DNA of 64,000 bases from Candidatus Harrisonbacteria bacterium. Its GTDB lineage: Bacteria; Patescibacteriota; Minisyncoccia; UBA6257; UBA11618. The DNA is taken from the NCBI GenBank assembly GCA_016867415.1, contig VGJO01000001.1, positions 148,312 through 212,311 of the forward strand, read 5' to 3'. The notes beneath the pieces were generated by a model. The model made no database searches. It was not told where the DNA came from and saw only the letters and a list, made by a program, of their open reading frames with translations. The stretch's first letter is position 1. Each line of letters begins with the position of its first letter. Made by a program: the position numbers and the translations under genes. This document shows, in pieces, positions 56,018 through 64,000 of the stretch.

Positions 56018-58894
56018 ATGGTGAAGAATTCAATTGAGAAAATCAAGAAACGTTCTGGTCGTCTCGTCCCTTTTGATCGCATTCGTATTGAGCGTGCGAT
56101 GGAAAAAGCTTTCATTAGCACTGAAGTTGATTATGAGATTAGTCTCTTAATCAGTCTCGCCGATGAAATTATTGAGACTCTTGAAGCTTGTTTTATTGAT
56201 CGGATTCCTAGCGTAGAAGATGTTCAGGATGAGGTGGAACGGAAGTTGCTTAAAAAAGGATTCTTGATGGTTGCCAAACACTATATTATTTATCGCCGCG
56301 AACATGAGAAGCTTCGCGAGAAAAAGCAAAAGGAGATCCTAAAAAAGATCGAACGCAGTGATCTCACGGTCAAAAAGCGTTCTGGAGAATTTGTTAATTT
56401 TGATATCACTCAAATTGAAGAATTAGTCTCAAACTGCGCCTCTGGTTTTCCTGATGGGATTATCGATGTGGCCGGCATTTTGGAAGATGCTAAGAAAAAT
56501 ATTTTTGACGGCATCAGTACCCGCGAAATCAATCAAGCTATTCTTCTTGGAGTGAAGAATCGTCTCGAGCTCGATCCTGAATATTCTTCCTACGCCGCCC
56601 GCCTCCTTTTCAATGATCTCTATAAAGACGTCTTGGGAGTCAATGAATTTTCTCCTGATTTTCAAAAGAAGCATCAGCAGTATTTTCCTAATCAGATAGT
56701 GGAAGGAGTAAATTCTGGCCGCCTCGACACTCGCCTTCTCGACTTTGACCTTTCCCGATTGAGTAAGGCGCTTAGCGCTGAAAATGATCGCTTCTTCGGC
56801 TATCTTGGTGCTCAAGTCATCTATGACCGCTATCTCGTCCGCGACGAATCCGACAAGCTCTATGAGACCCCTCAATATTTCTTTATGCGTGTTGCGATGG
56901 GTATTGCTATTAATGAGGAAAAGAAAGATGAGCGGGCAATTGAGTTTTATAAACTTATCTCGAGTTTTCTATATATGCCTTCTACCCCCACTTTGCTTCA
57001 TGCAGGCACCATCAAGCCTCAGATGAGCTCCTGCTACCTTACGACTGTTGAGGACGAGCTTTCTCATATTTTTAAGTGCATTGGCGACAACGCCCAGCTT
57101 TCCAAGTTTTCTGGTGGTGTGGCAAATGACTGGAGTAATATCCGAGCGACCGGTAGTCTTATTAGGTCTATTAATGTAGAGAGTCAGGGAGTGATTCCTT
57201 TCCTAAAAATTACCGATTCCACTACCTCCGCCATCAATCGCTCTGGAAAGCGCCGGGGTGCGACCTGCGTCTATCTTGAGACCTGGCACTATGACATCGA
57301 AGAATTTCTTGATCTTCGCCGCAATACTGGCGATGAGCGCCGCCGTACCCACGATACCAATACTGCCAACTGGATCCCTGATCTTTTTATGCAGCGTGTT
57401 GCCACTGATGGCTACTGGACGCTCTTCTCGCCTGAAGAAGTGCCCGAGCTTCATCATATCTATGGTCAAGCTTTCCGAGAAAAGTATGAAGCCTACGAAA
57501 AAGCTGCTGAAGAGGGCAAAATGCAGCTCACAAAAAAACTTAAGGCTCGTGACCTCTGGCGCAAGATGATTACAATGATTTTTGAGACGGGTCATCCGTG
57601 GGTTACTTTCAAAGATCCCTGTAATATCCGTTCGCCCCAAGATCATGTTGGCGTCGTCCACTCCTCCAATCTTTGCACTGAAATCACTCTCAATACCTCC
57701 GCCTCCGAGACCGCCGTCTGCAATCTTGGTTCTATCTCTATTCCCAGTCACATTGAGAATGGCCGCTTGGACAAAGTTGCCCTCGAGCGAACTATTCGGG
57801 TCGCGATGCGCATGCTCGACAATATCATTGATCACAATTTTTACCCCACCATCGAGGCCAAGTTTTCCAATCTTCGCCATCGTCCTGTCGGCCTTGGTAT
57901 TATGGGTTTCCAAGACGCACTTTTTGAGCTCGGTCTCCAGTTTGATTCCGTTGAAGCCGTTGAGTTTTCCGACGAGCTTATGGAATTTGTCGCCTATCAC
58001 GCCTACCTGGGTTCCTCCGAGCTTGCCGCTGAGCGGGGAAGTTACTCTACCTTCAAAGGAAGTAAGTGGGATCGGGGTATTCTCCCCTTAGATTCCTTAG
58101 GTCTTCTGGAGAAAGAGCGAGGTGAGCTTATTGAAGTTGATCATAAGACTCGTCTTGATTGGAATAAGCTTCGGAGCTTGATTAAAGAGCAGGGGATGAG
58201 GAACTCTAATTGCCTCGCAATCGCCCCTACGGCCACCATCTCCAATATTTCCGGCTGCCTCCCATCCATTGAGCCTATTTATAAAAATCTCTACGTAAAA
58301 TCAAATTTTAGTGGGGAATTTACTATCGTAAATAAGTACCTTATTCTTGATCTCAAAAAACTCGGCATTTGGACCAAAGATATCCTTGATAAGATAAAGT
58401 ACTTTGACGGCAGCATCCAAAAAATCGAGGAGATTCCCCTTAATATCCGTCTTCGCTACAAAGAAGCCTTTGAGATTGATCCCTATTGGGTGATTGCCCA
58501 CGCCGCTTTTCGTGGTAAATGGATCGACCAAAGCCAATCAGTGAATATCTTTACCACCAGCCAATCTGGTAAATTTATCGCCGATATTTACCTCAATGCC
58601 TGGCGGATGGGCCTCAAGACCACATATTATCTCCGCACCCTTGCTGTTTCCGGTATCGAAAAATCCACCATCGACATTAACAAAAACTACGAGAAAAAAG
58701 AGATTATTGATCAGGCGGTCGCTCCTATCGTAGAGACTATCGCCTCTCTTTCCTCTGTTCCTGTCTCCGCCCCTGTCATGATGGAAGCCGCCTCTTCTAC
58801 TGTAGCTTCTATCTCCGAGTCAATTTCTCCTAGTCCCGTCCTAAAAACCGGTATCCACATCTTCGAAGCCGGCCTCTGCGAATCCTGTCAGTAG
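56018..58894 (+). CDS. nrdA: class Ia ribonucleoside-diphosphate reductase alpha subunit with two N-terminal ATP-cone domains
   Basis: two 'VKKRSG..V.FD..' ATP cones, catalytic 'SSNLCTEI', C-terminal 'TTYYLRT' radical-transfer tyrosines and terminal CESCQ. Confidence 0.9.
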   Translation: MVKNSIEKIKKRSGRLVPFDRIRIERAMEKAFISTEVDYEISLLISLADEIIETLEACFIDRIPSVEDVQDEVERKLLKKGFLMVAKHYIIYRREHEKLREKKQKEILKKIERSDLTVKKRSGEFVNFDITQIEELVSNCASGFPDGIIDVAGILEDAKKNIFDGISTREINQAILLGVKNRLELDPEYSSYAARLLFNDLYKDVLGVNEFSPDFQKKHQQYFPNQIVEGVNSGRLDTRLLDFDLSRLSKALSAENDRFFGYLGAQVIYDRYLVRDESDKLYETPQYFFMRVAMGIAINEEKKDERAIEFYKLISSFLYMPSTPTLLHAGTIKPQMSSCYLTTVEDELSHIFKCIGDNAQLSKFSGGVANDWSNIRATGSLIRSINVESQGVIPFLKITDSTTSAINRSGKRRGATCVYLETWHYDIEEFLDLRRNTGDERRRTHDTNTANWIPDLFMQRVATDGYWTLFSPEEVPELHHIYGQAFREKYEAYEKAAEEGKMQLTKKLKARDLWRKMITMIFETGHPWVTFKDPCNIRSPQDHVGVVHSSNLCTEITLNTSASETAVCNLGSISIPSHIENGRLDKVALERTIRVAMRMLDNIIDHNFYPTIEAKFSNLRHRPVGLGIMGFQDALFELGLQFDSVEAVEFSDELMEFVAYHAYLGSSELAAERGSYSTFKGSKWDRGILPLDSLGLLEKERGELIEVDHKTRLDWNKLRSLIKEQGMRNSNCLAIAPTATISNISGCLPSIEPIYKNLYVKSNFSGEFTIVNKYLILDLKKLGIWTKDILDKIKYFDGSIQKIEEIPLNIRLRYKEAFEIDPYWVIAHAAFRGKWIDQSQSVNIFTTSQSGKFIADIYLNAWRMGLKTTYYLRTLAVSGIEKSTIDINKNYEKKEIIDQAVAPIVETIASLSSVPVSAPVMMEAASSTVASISESISPSPVLKTGIHIFEAGLCESCQ

Positions 58895-58950
58895 CTTGTC
58901 ATTCCGGCTTCACTCATTCTTAGTGAAGGCAGGTCATCTTGGACTTGACC
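58895..58950 (+). repeat. degenerate family-2-like hairpin cluster directly after nrdA stop (cttgtcattccggcttcac-tcattct-tagtgaaggcagg...)
   Basis: read directly. Confidence 0.4.
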
Positions 58951-59022
58951 CGTATTTAGGGTCTGCCTCCAAAGGAGGCATTATAGAATCTTCGTCCGTT
59001 TTTTGTATTTTTCTCTTACATA

Positions 59023-59055
59023 AAAAAATCCCCGCTTAGGCAGGGATTTCGGGGC
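59023..59055 (-). terminator. minus-strand intrinsic terminator (aaatccctg-cctaagc-ggggattt + TTTTTTTATG on minus)
   Basis: stem aaatccc/gggattt with T-tract on minus strand, 13 nt past stop of 59068..59643. Confidence 0.7.
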
Positions 59056-59067
59056 ACGCTTCTCATT

Positions 59068-59643
59068 TCATATCTTCTTTGCCACTATTCTTTTCATGCA
59101 TGCCTGGTATATCTGAGTCTTTATGTCGGCAGGTAACTCAAAAAGAATAGCCACAATGAGGGCGTACATATCCTCCATTTCTTGTCGTATTTCAGGAGAA
59201 AGATGGGAGAGTGCTCCTGTCCACCGCTCTCCATTTTCTTCCAGGCTAACCGAAGAATGAAGAGAGGGGAACTGTAATCCGGCGTTTTCCTGAATCGTGA
59301 TTTTTCTTCCCTTATTTTCGTATAAAAGACAACTTTCCGTGATCTTTATCCGTCGCATGACTGTTTGTGATTGGGTCTCCTCAAAAAAGATTATCTCTCC
59401 CTCTTCTCTTTCAAAATCGAGACAGAGTCGAGCTTGCTTGCATTTCCAGCAAGTGAGAGGTATTGCTCCTTTCATAGTCTCTCTAATTATTTCTTCATCT
59501 AGAAGAAATATTCTCTTGTTTTGTGAAATGGGAGCCTTTCCTTTCAAAGCTGAGCTTTTCGTAAAGCGGAGGCTTGTGAGGGAAAAACTACTAATAAGAA
59601 AAGAGACAATGGCCAAACCACCAATCACATATTTCCGCGGCAT
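59068..59643 (-). CDS. hypothetical membrane-anchored protein (191 aa) encoded antisense between nrdA and nrdB
   Basis: N-terminal TM helix, CWKCKQARLC cysteine pair, own terminator. Confidence 0.4.
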   Translation of the reverse strand: MPRKYVIGGLAIVSFLISSFSLTSLRFTKSSALKGKAPISQNKRIFLLDEEIIRETMKGAIPLTCWKCKQARLCLDFEREEGEIIFFEETQSQTVMRRIKITESCLLYENKGRKITIQENAGLQFPSLHSSVSLEENGERWTGALSHLSPEIRQEMEDMYALIVAILFELPADIKTQIYQACMKRIVAKKI

Positions 59644-59809
59644 AATCCTTTGCCTTTCTGGAAAAGTGTTTTCAAATTACCATCCTAGATTTCATTGTAA
59701 TAATAATTAAGCAAGAAATAAAACTCCGTACTTTTACTATCTATTCAAGTATTTACTTTGATTTTTGAAAGTGTACTATTAATAGTGCACAGATTTCCTC
59801 CTAAAAACT

Positions 59810-60814
59810 ATGTCCAGCGAGAAGAAAATTTTAAACTGCGGCACTACCGACCCGAACAAGATCCTTCCTATCAAGTACAAGTGGGCTCGCGAGTACTACA
59901 AAAAAGGCGTTGCTAACAACTGGGTCCCTGAGGAGGTTAATATGCAGGGTGATCTTGAGATCTGGAAGAATCCTCGTGCCCTCTCCGATGATGAGCGCCG
60001 CCTCATTCTCTGGAATATGGGTTTTTTCTCGACCGCCGAGAGTCTTACGGCTAATAATCTCGTCCTCTCTATCTACAAGCACATTACCAATCCCGAGTGC
60101 CGCCAGTATCTTCTCCGACAAGCATTCGAAGAGGCAATTCACACTGACACCTTTATCTACTGCTGTGATACCCTGAGCCTCAATCCCGATGAAGTCTATG
60201 ATATGTACCGCAGTATTCCTAGTATTAAGGATAAGGATGATTTTGTGGTGGATATGACCAAGTCCTTGTTGAATCCTTCTTTTGAGACCAAGACCAAAGA
60301 AGATATACAGAATTTTGTCCACGATCTCGTCGGCTTCTATGTGATTATGGAAGGAATCTTCTTCTATGCTGGCTTTGTCATGATTCTTTCTTTCCTTAGG
60401 CAAAATCGGATGGTGGGAATAGGGGAGCAGTTTCAATTTATTCTCCGGGACGAATCCATTCACCTCGCCTTCGGCACCGATCTTATCAAAACCATCGTGG
60501 CGGAAAATCCCGAGATTTGGACCAGCGACTTTAAAGAAGTCATCCGCAAAAATATTATTCGCGCCGTCGAGCTTGAATATACCTATGCCAAGGACTGCCT
60601 CCCGCAGGGAATCCTCGGTCTTAACGCTGACTTCATCAAAGAATACATCCAATACATCGCCGACCGTCGCCTTGAGCGCATCGGTCTCGAAAAGATCTAC
60701 GGTTCACAAAATCCCTTCCCTTGGATGAGTGAAATTATCGACCTCCGCAAGGAAAAAAACTTCTTCGAGACCCGCGTCACCGAGTATCAGTCTGGCACCC
60801 TCCGCTGGGATTGA
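59810..60814 (+). CDS. nrdB: class Ia ribonucleotide reductase beta subunit (ferritin-like di-iron)
   Basis: 'FEEAIHTDTFIYC', 'EGIFFYAGF', 'RDESIHLAFG' iron-ligand ExxH motifs. Confidence 0.9.
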   Translation: MSSEKKILNCGTTDPNKILPIKYKWAREYYKKGVANNWVPEEVNMQGDLEIWKNPRALSDDERRLILWNMGFFSTAESLTANNLVLSIYKHITNPECRQYLLRQAFEEAIHTDTFIYCCDTLSLNPDEVYDMYRSIPSIKDKDDFVVDMTKSLLNPSFETKTKEDIQNFVHDLVGFYVIMEGIFFYAGFVMILSFLRQNRMVGIGEQFQFILRDESIHLAFGTDLIKTIVAENPEIWTSDFKEVIRKNIIRAVELEYTYAKDCLPQGILGLNADFIKEYIQYIADRRLERIGLEKIYGSQNPFPWMSEIIDLRKEKNFFETRVTEYQSGTLRWD

Positions 60815-60869
60815 GCGCTTTTTAATTTCTAAATTCTTTAGTGTAGAAAGCGCGAGAATCCCGTGGAAC

Positions 60870-60960
60870 AAAAATCCCTTTTTCTAAAAAGGGATTTTTA
60901 TTCTTTACGGGACATTCCATTAAAAAAATTGCCCGCCGAGATTTTTTCGGCGGGACTTTT
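60870..60960 (+). terminator. two tandem intrinsic terminators after nrdB (aaaaatcccttttt-ctaaaaa-gggattttta; cccgccgag-atttttt-cggcggg + ACTTTT)
   Basis: read directly. Confidence 0.65.
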
Positions 60961-61192
60961 GTATACTAAGGAATCACCAACTATCTTCACCTTCCTCTGA
61001 AGATGGACTCGAGAGAAAATCCTCTCTTTCAATTGGTAATTACTATAATTATAGCATATTGATATATTATGTCAAATTAACACTAATTGACATAAGTATA
61101 AATATTATGTTATTTATTAAAAATAGCCTTTATCGCCAAAGGCTTTTCCCCGAAACTTGAAAACCCAACTCTTCTTCTGAAAGGTATCTATT

Positions 61193-61921
61193 GTGGCCTA
61201 TTCTGATGATCAAGCTCGAGAAGATGAATCAAAAAAGAAAAATCGTCGTGGCCCATGGCTTTTAGGGGGCTTTTGGCCGTTGCTTTTTATTCCGAGTCTT
61301 TTAATGACTTTGATCACATCTGGCTTACTGAATGTGTCTATTAGTTTCAATAGAGGCGGAAATCCATCCGTCCCTCTCGACGGCCTTGATGAATTTCACC
61401 CTGTCACCGATCTTGATAGTTCAGGTCGAGTGCAAAAAATCACTATCAATGGTCATTTTGTCGGTCTTGATGAACTTCATCTTCACTGGCAGCGAGTGAG
61501 TAATGCGCTCGGGTCCTTAGATCGTTTTGATAGGCCCTTCTCCTTTGAGAAAGATTTAGTGAATAGGCGCCGAACGCTCACTATTGAAGCTTATACTCAT
61601 CTCCCACGCCGCCTTGAGACTGTGACCCGCTATGTGGAGCATGGAGATGAGATCGAAGAAATTTCTTTAAGTGATGGGTATGTTCTCCGTCATTTCATCG
61701 GGACCGATGATCTTCTCATTACTCACAAGCGAGCGCAAGGGACGAGGGCGAAGATGATGAGCCTTAATTCTCCTGAGCTTTCCCAAAGTTTCCGAGAATT
61801 TCTCATTGGCTTCAAGCTTCTTGATCGGATAGAATCCGAGCTCGCCCCAGTCCTAAAGCCTATTGAAGACTCCGCTTTTGAGAAAAATCTGGAGCTCGGC
61901 CTCAGTGTGAGATATGATTGA
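61193..61921 (+). CDS. hypothetical membrane-anchored protein (GTG start)
   Basis: 242 aa, one N-terminal TM helix, no known motif. Confidence 0.35.
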   Translation: MAYSDDQAREDESKKKNRRGPWLLGGFWPLLFIPSLLMTLITSGLLNVSISFNRGGNPSVPLDGLDEFHPVTDLDSSGRVQKITINGHFVGLDELHLHWQRVSNALGSLDRFDRPFSFEKDLVNRRRTLTIEAYTHLPRRLETVTRYVEHGDEIEEISLSDGYVLRHFIGTDDLLITHKRAQGTRAKMMSLNSPELSQSFREFLIGFKLLDRIESELAPVLKPIEDSAFEKNLELGLSVRYD

Positions 61922-62143
61922 AAGACCTTCGGCTTGAGAGAATTACTCCCATAAAAAGTCAGTGCTTCCTCTCAAGTTTCTTCTTCCGCCTAGGAAAATC
62001 GTATCATTACTAAAATGAATTCTTTTTTTCTAGACTCCTCCCACCGCCCGCACGTCCCGTGCGGGTTTTTTCTTTAAAAATGCTTAAGCGCAACGAAAGT
62101 CTACTAAAGGGCGAGTCTCCAATCCAAAAGAGGAAGGAAGGAA

Positions 62144-64000
62144 TTAATATCCCTTATCTTTTAATTCATTTAATCTCTCTTGTATTACTGCCTCTAGTCT
62201 TTCGGTAGTAGCTATTAGTAGATTTCTCGTCCCCGCCTTCACTGTCGTCGTAAGTTTCGGCGTAAACCCAATATTATTTTTATTAATGACATTCATTGCT
62301 TTATAGTATACCCGCTTGCTTCCCAAGGTTCCTGGTGTCCCTGAGATCTGCAAGAAGCAACTTTCCATATCCGAAAAAGCCTCCACCGTCAACATCGGTG
62401 GCACGACAATATCTTTCTTATTAGCTTTTTTGACCGCTATCTCAAGGCCGCTGTAAGCCCGCCCTAAAGAATATTTAGTCGTCGCCTCAATCATGCGGGT
62501 AATGGCGAGGATCACCAAGTCTTTATGTTTTTTTAATCTATCCTCCGCATCAAGCAGTAGAATAGCGCTCTCAATCGCTGCAATATTTTCCTTAATCACT
62601 TCACTCCCTCCCGCCGCCATAAGACATATCGGCATCAGCGAGTAATCTCGCAGTAACTCCTCTGGCTTCTTTTCTTTTTTTACTTTTTTCTTTGATGGGG
62701 GATTAAGAATAGAAAGTCCGGAATTATCAGTCGTTTCTTCTACGTTAAATAATCCTTTGAAATTATTTACCAAATTTTCAAAAAAAGTCGTTTCTTCTTC
62801 TGTCGGTTGCTTTTTATACTCTGGCAAATAATATTCTTCTTCATAATCAGTGACGTAGGTATTTTGCTTTGCTGAAATCTCCGGTATCACATCATACTTA
62901 GCTAATTTTTCCCCCCAGTCTTTAATTACTCGGAAGCAATAAGAGCTCTCCACTCGGAAAGCGGGCCCGGCTGTGAGAGAAAGATCAAATAACCCTCCTT
63001 CATTTGCATTTATATTGGTCCTATTGGAAAATTTTTCATTGCTTTCCAAATACTTTTGCTCAATAGTCTTTCCATGGTTGGGTACGACATCTTTTGGATC
63101 TTCGGTTGATATTCGGGCATAATCCCCATCATCCGGAAGGTTATTATAGTATTGAAAAAGTCCAGATTTATTCGTCACGTCATTATACGTTTCCCCAGCA
63201 CCTTCCGCATCGCAAGTACCCACTCGCTCCGCTGTCTGGAGTTTGAAGCGTTCTTGAGAAATAAGATCCTTGTCGCTTACATGAAGGATGAGGCGTAAGC
63301 GAAAATTAGCATTGCCCTCATGAAAGAAAGTGGTATCGAGCGGAGTTTTATCTGGCGCTATCGGTCTCCCCGCTTTAGTCGTCTTCGTCATTGAGAAAAA
63401 TCTATATCCTGAAAGCCTTATGCTCGGAATGATTACTCCGCTGCTACCTCCACCTCCGCTACTACCTCCGCTGCTACCTCCACCTCCGCTACTACCTCCG
63501 CTGCTACCTCCACCTCCGCTACTACCTCCGCTGCTACCTCCACCTCCGCTACTACCTCCGCCTCCGCTACTACCTCCGCTGCTACCTCCACCTCCTCCAC
63601 CTTCGTCACCACCTCCGCCTCCTCCACCTTCGTCTCCTCCACCACCCGAAGCCGCTTCTGTTATAAAATTCCATGTGTCAGCATCATTGATCCCTGAATA
63701 ATTATTATTAGAAAGATCTTGAAATGCCCCATTCGAAATATTGATGTGATAGTTATGAGAGTTAGAAAGATTCCCGATTGGATTAATAGTTACTGTATCT
63801 CCTGATATGGTTACTTCTGATGAGTTCACGTTGATTGTCGCCGCCGTTGAGTTATTTGTGTCGTCTATAATGCTAATAGATCCACTTCCTTTTTTAATAT
63901 TTTCTGAAAAGGTGATGACAAAGTCGCTCGCAATTGAGACATTTGTGCTGTTGTCTGCGGGGGATAAAGTGCTGATAGTTGGCCCCCCGCTTCCGATCAC
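62144..64000 (-). CDS. surface protein, C-terminal ~618 aa of a gene continuing past the window end: bacterial Ig-like (SbsA/Big_5-type) domain, Gly/Ser-rich linker, unknown C-terminal domain
   Basis: 'LSPADNSTNVSIASDFVITFSENI...VTINPIGNLSNSHNYHINISNGAFQDLSNNN' Ig-like pattern; linker encoded by tandem 30-nt repeats. Confidence 0.55.
   Translation of the reverse strand: MIGSGGPTISTLSPADNSTNVSIASDFVITFSENIKKGSGSISIIDDTNNSTAATINVNSSEVTISGDTVTINPIGNLSNSHNYHINISNGAFQDLSNNNYSGINDADTWNFITEAASGGGGDEGGGGGGGDEGGGGGGSSGGSSGGGGSSGGGGSSGGSSGGGGSSGGSSGGGGSSGGSSGGGGSSGVIIPSIRLSGYRFFSMTKTTKAGRPIAPDKTPLDTTFFHEGNANFRLRLILHVSDKDLISQERFKLQTAERVGTCDAEGAGETYNDVTNKSGLFQYYNNLPDDGDYARISTEDPKDVVPNHGKTIEQKYLESNEKFSNRTNINANEGGLFDLSLTAGPAFRVESSYCFRVIKDWGEKLAKYDVIPEISAKQNTYVTDYEEEYYLPEYKKQPTEEETTFFENLVNNFKGLFNVEETTDNSGLSILNPPSKKKVKKEKKPEELLRDYSLMPICLMAAGGSEVIKENIAAIESAILLLDAEDRLKKHKDLVILAITRMIEATTKYSLGRAYSGLEIAVKKANKKDIVVPPMLTVEAFSDMESCFLQISGTPGTLGSKRVYYKAMNVINKNNIGFTPKLTTTVKAGTRNLLIATTERLEAVIQERLNELKDKGY
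63433..63600. repeat. tandem ~30-nt DNA repeat (ccgctgctacctccacctccgctactacct, ~5 units) encoding GGGGSSGGSS linker
   Basis: periodicity read directly in sequence. Confidence 0.7.

Noticed and set aside
59831-60652. 273-aa minus-strand ORF antisense to nrdB (also 19772..20314, 6045..6578, 24009..24629, 1937..2272, 40223..40687)
   Set aside because: These are shadow ORFs on the opposite strand of genes with strong family signatures. They have low-complexity, biased composition and no start context.
63433-63645. Periodic 30-nt repeats that look CRISPR-like at first glance
   Set aside because: Units are contiguous with no spacers, lie inside a long ORF and encode a Gly/Ser linker. The overlapping antisense ORF 63433..63645 (AEVV repeats) is a frame artefact of the same repeat.

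Overview
The window reads as a streamlined bacterial chromosome segment with standard genetic code (TAA, TAG and TGA all terminate full-length genes). Most genes are on the + strand and coding density is high. Recognisable content: a partial WbaP-type sugar transferase at the left edge and a DsbA / glutaredoxin / thioredoxin-reductase redox trio. There is a Pif1-like helicase, tRNA-His, a catalytically degenerate SHMT homolog, RecA, a RodZ-like protein and a giant secreted protein with a phospholipase-C-like domain and a lamin-tail domain. A sugar-phosphate block carries rpiB, gap, rpe, a split transketolase, a PfkB kinase and class II FBA. Translation genes include L25, L31, S21, peptidyl-tRNA hydrolase, HisS and a domain-1-less RF1. 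One unlinked 16S rRNA sits on the - strand, and its 3' tail lacks the CCUCC anti-Shine-Dalgarno. A Gram-positive/CPR-style type IV pilus locus carries a receiver, a pilin, PilB, PilC, three pilin-like genes, a GWND-repeat secreted protein and a PilM-PilN fusion, with no PilQ, PilT or PilD. Further right are tRNA-Phe, a MutY-like glycosylase, HIT, YqeY, YbeY, ftsA and ftsZ (split by a 3.4 kb insertion), class Ia RNR nrdA/nrdB and a partial surface protein. The intergenic space holds three families of structured repeats. The first is a ~120-nt element in 10 copies, strictly co-oriented and ending a few nucleotides before + strand start codons. The second is a covarying GTCATTC... hairpin in at least 12 copies, immediately after stop codons. 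The third is a 28-mer TGTGTCACGGTAGGGAAAGAAGGGG motif in 4 copies. Almost no genes carry a Shine-Dalgarno; the three that do sit in cassette-like loci. A tRNA-like gene with an AAA anticodon lies inside a promoter-to-terminator unit of about 400 nt. RecA, HisS and FtsZ all carry lysine-rich N-terminal extensions. The features suggest a CPR/Patescibacteria-like or similarly reduced organism (inference).
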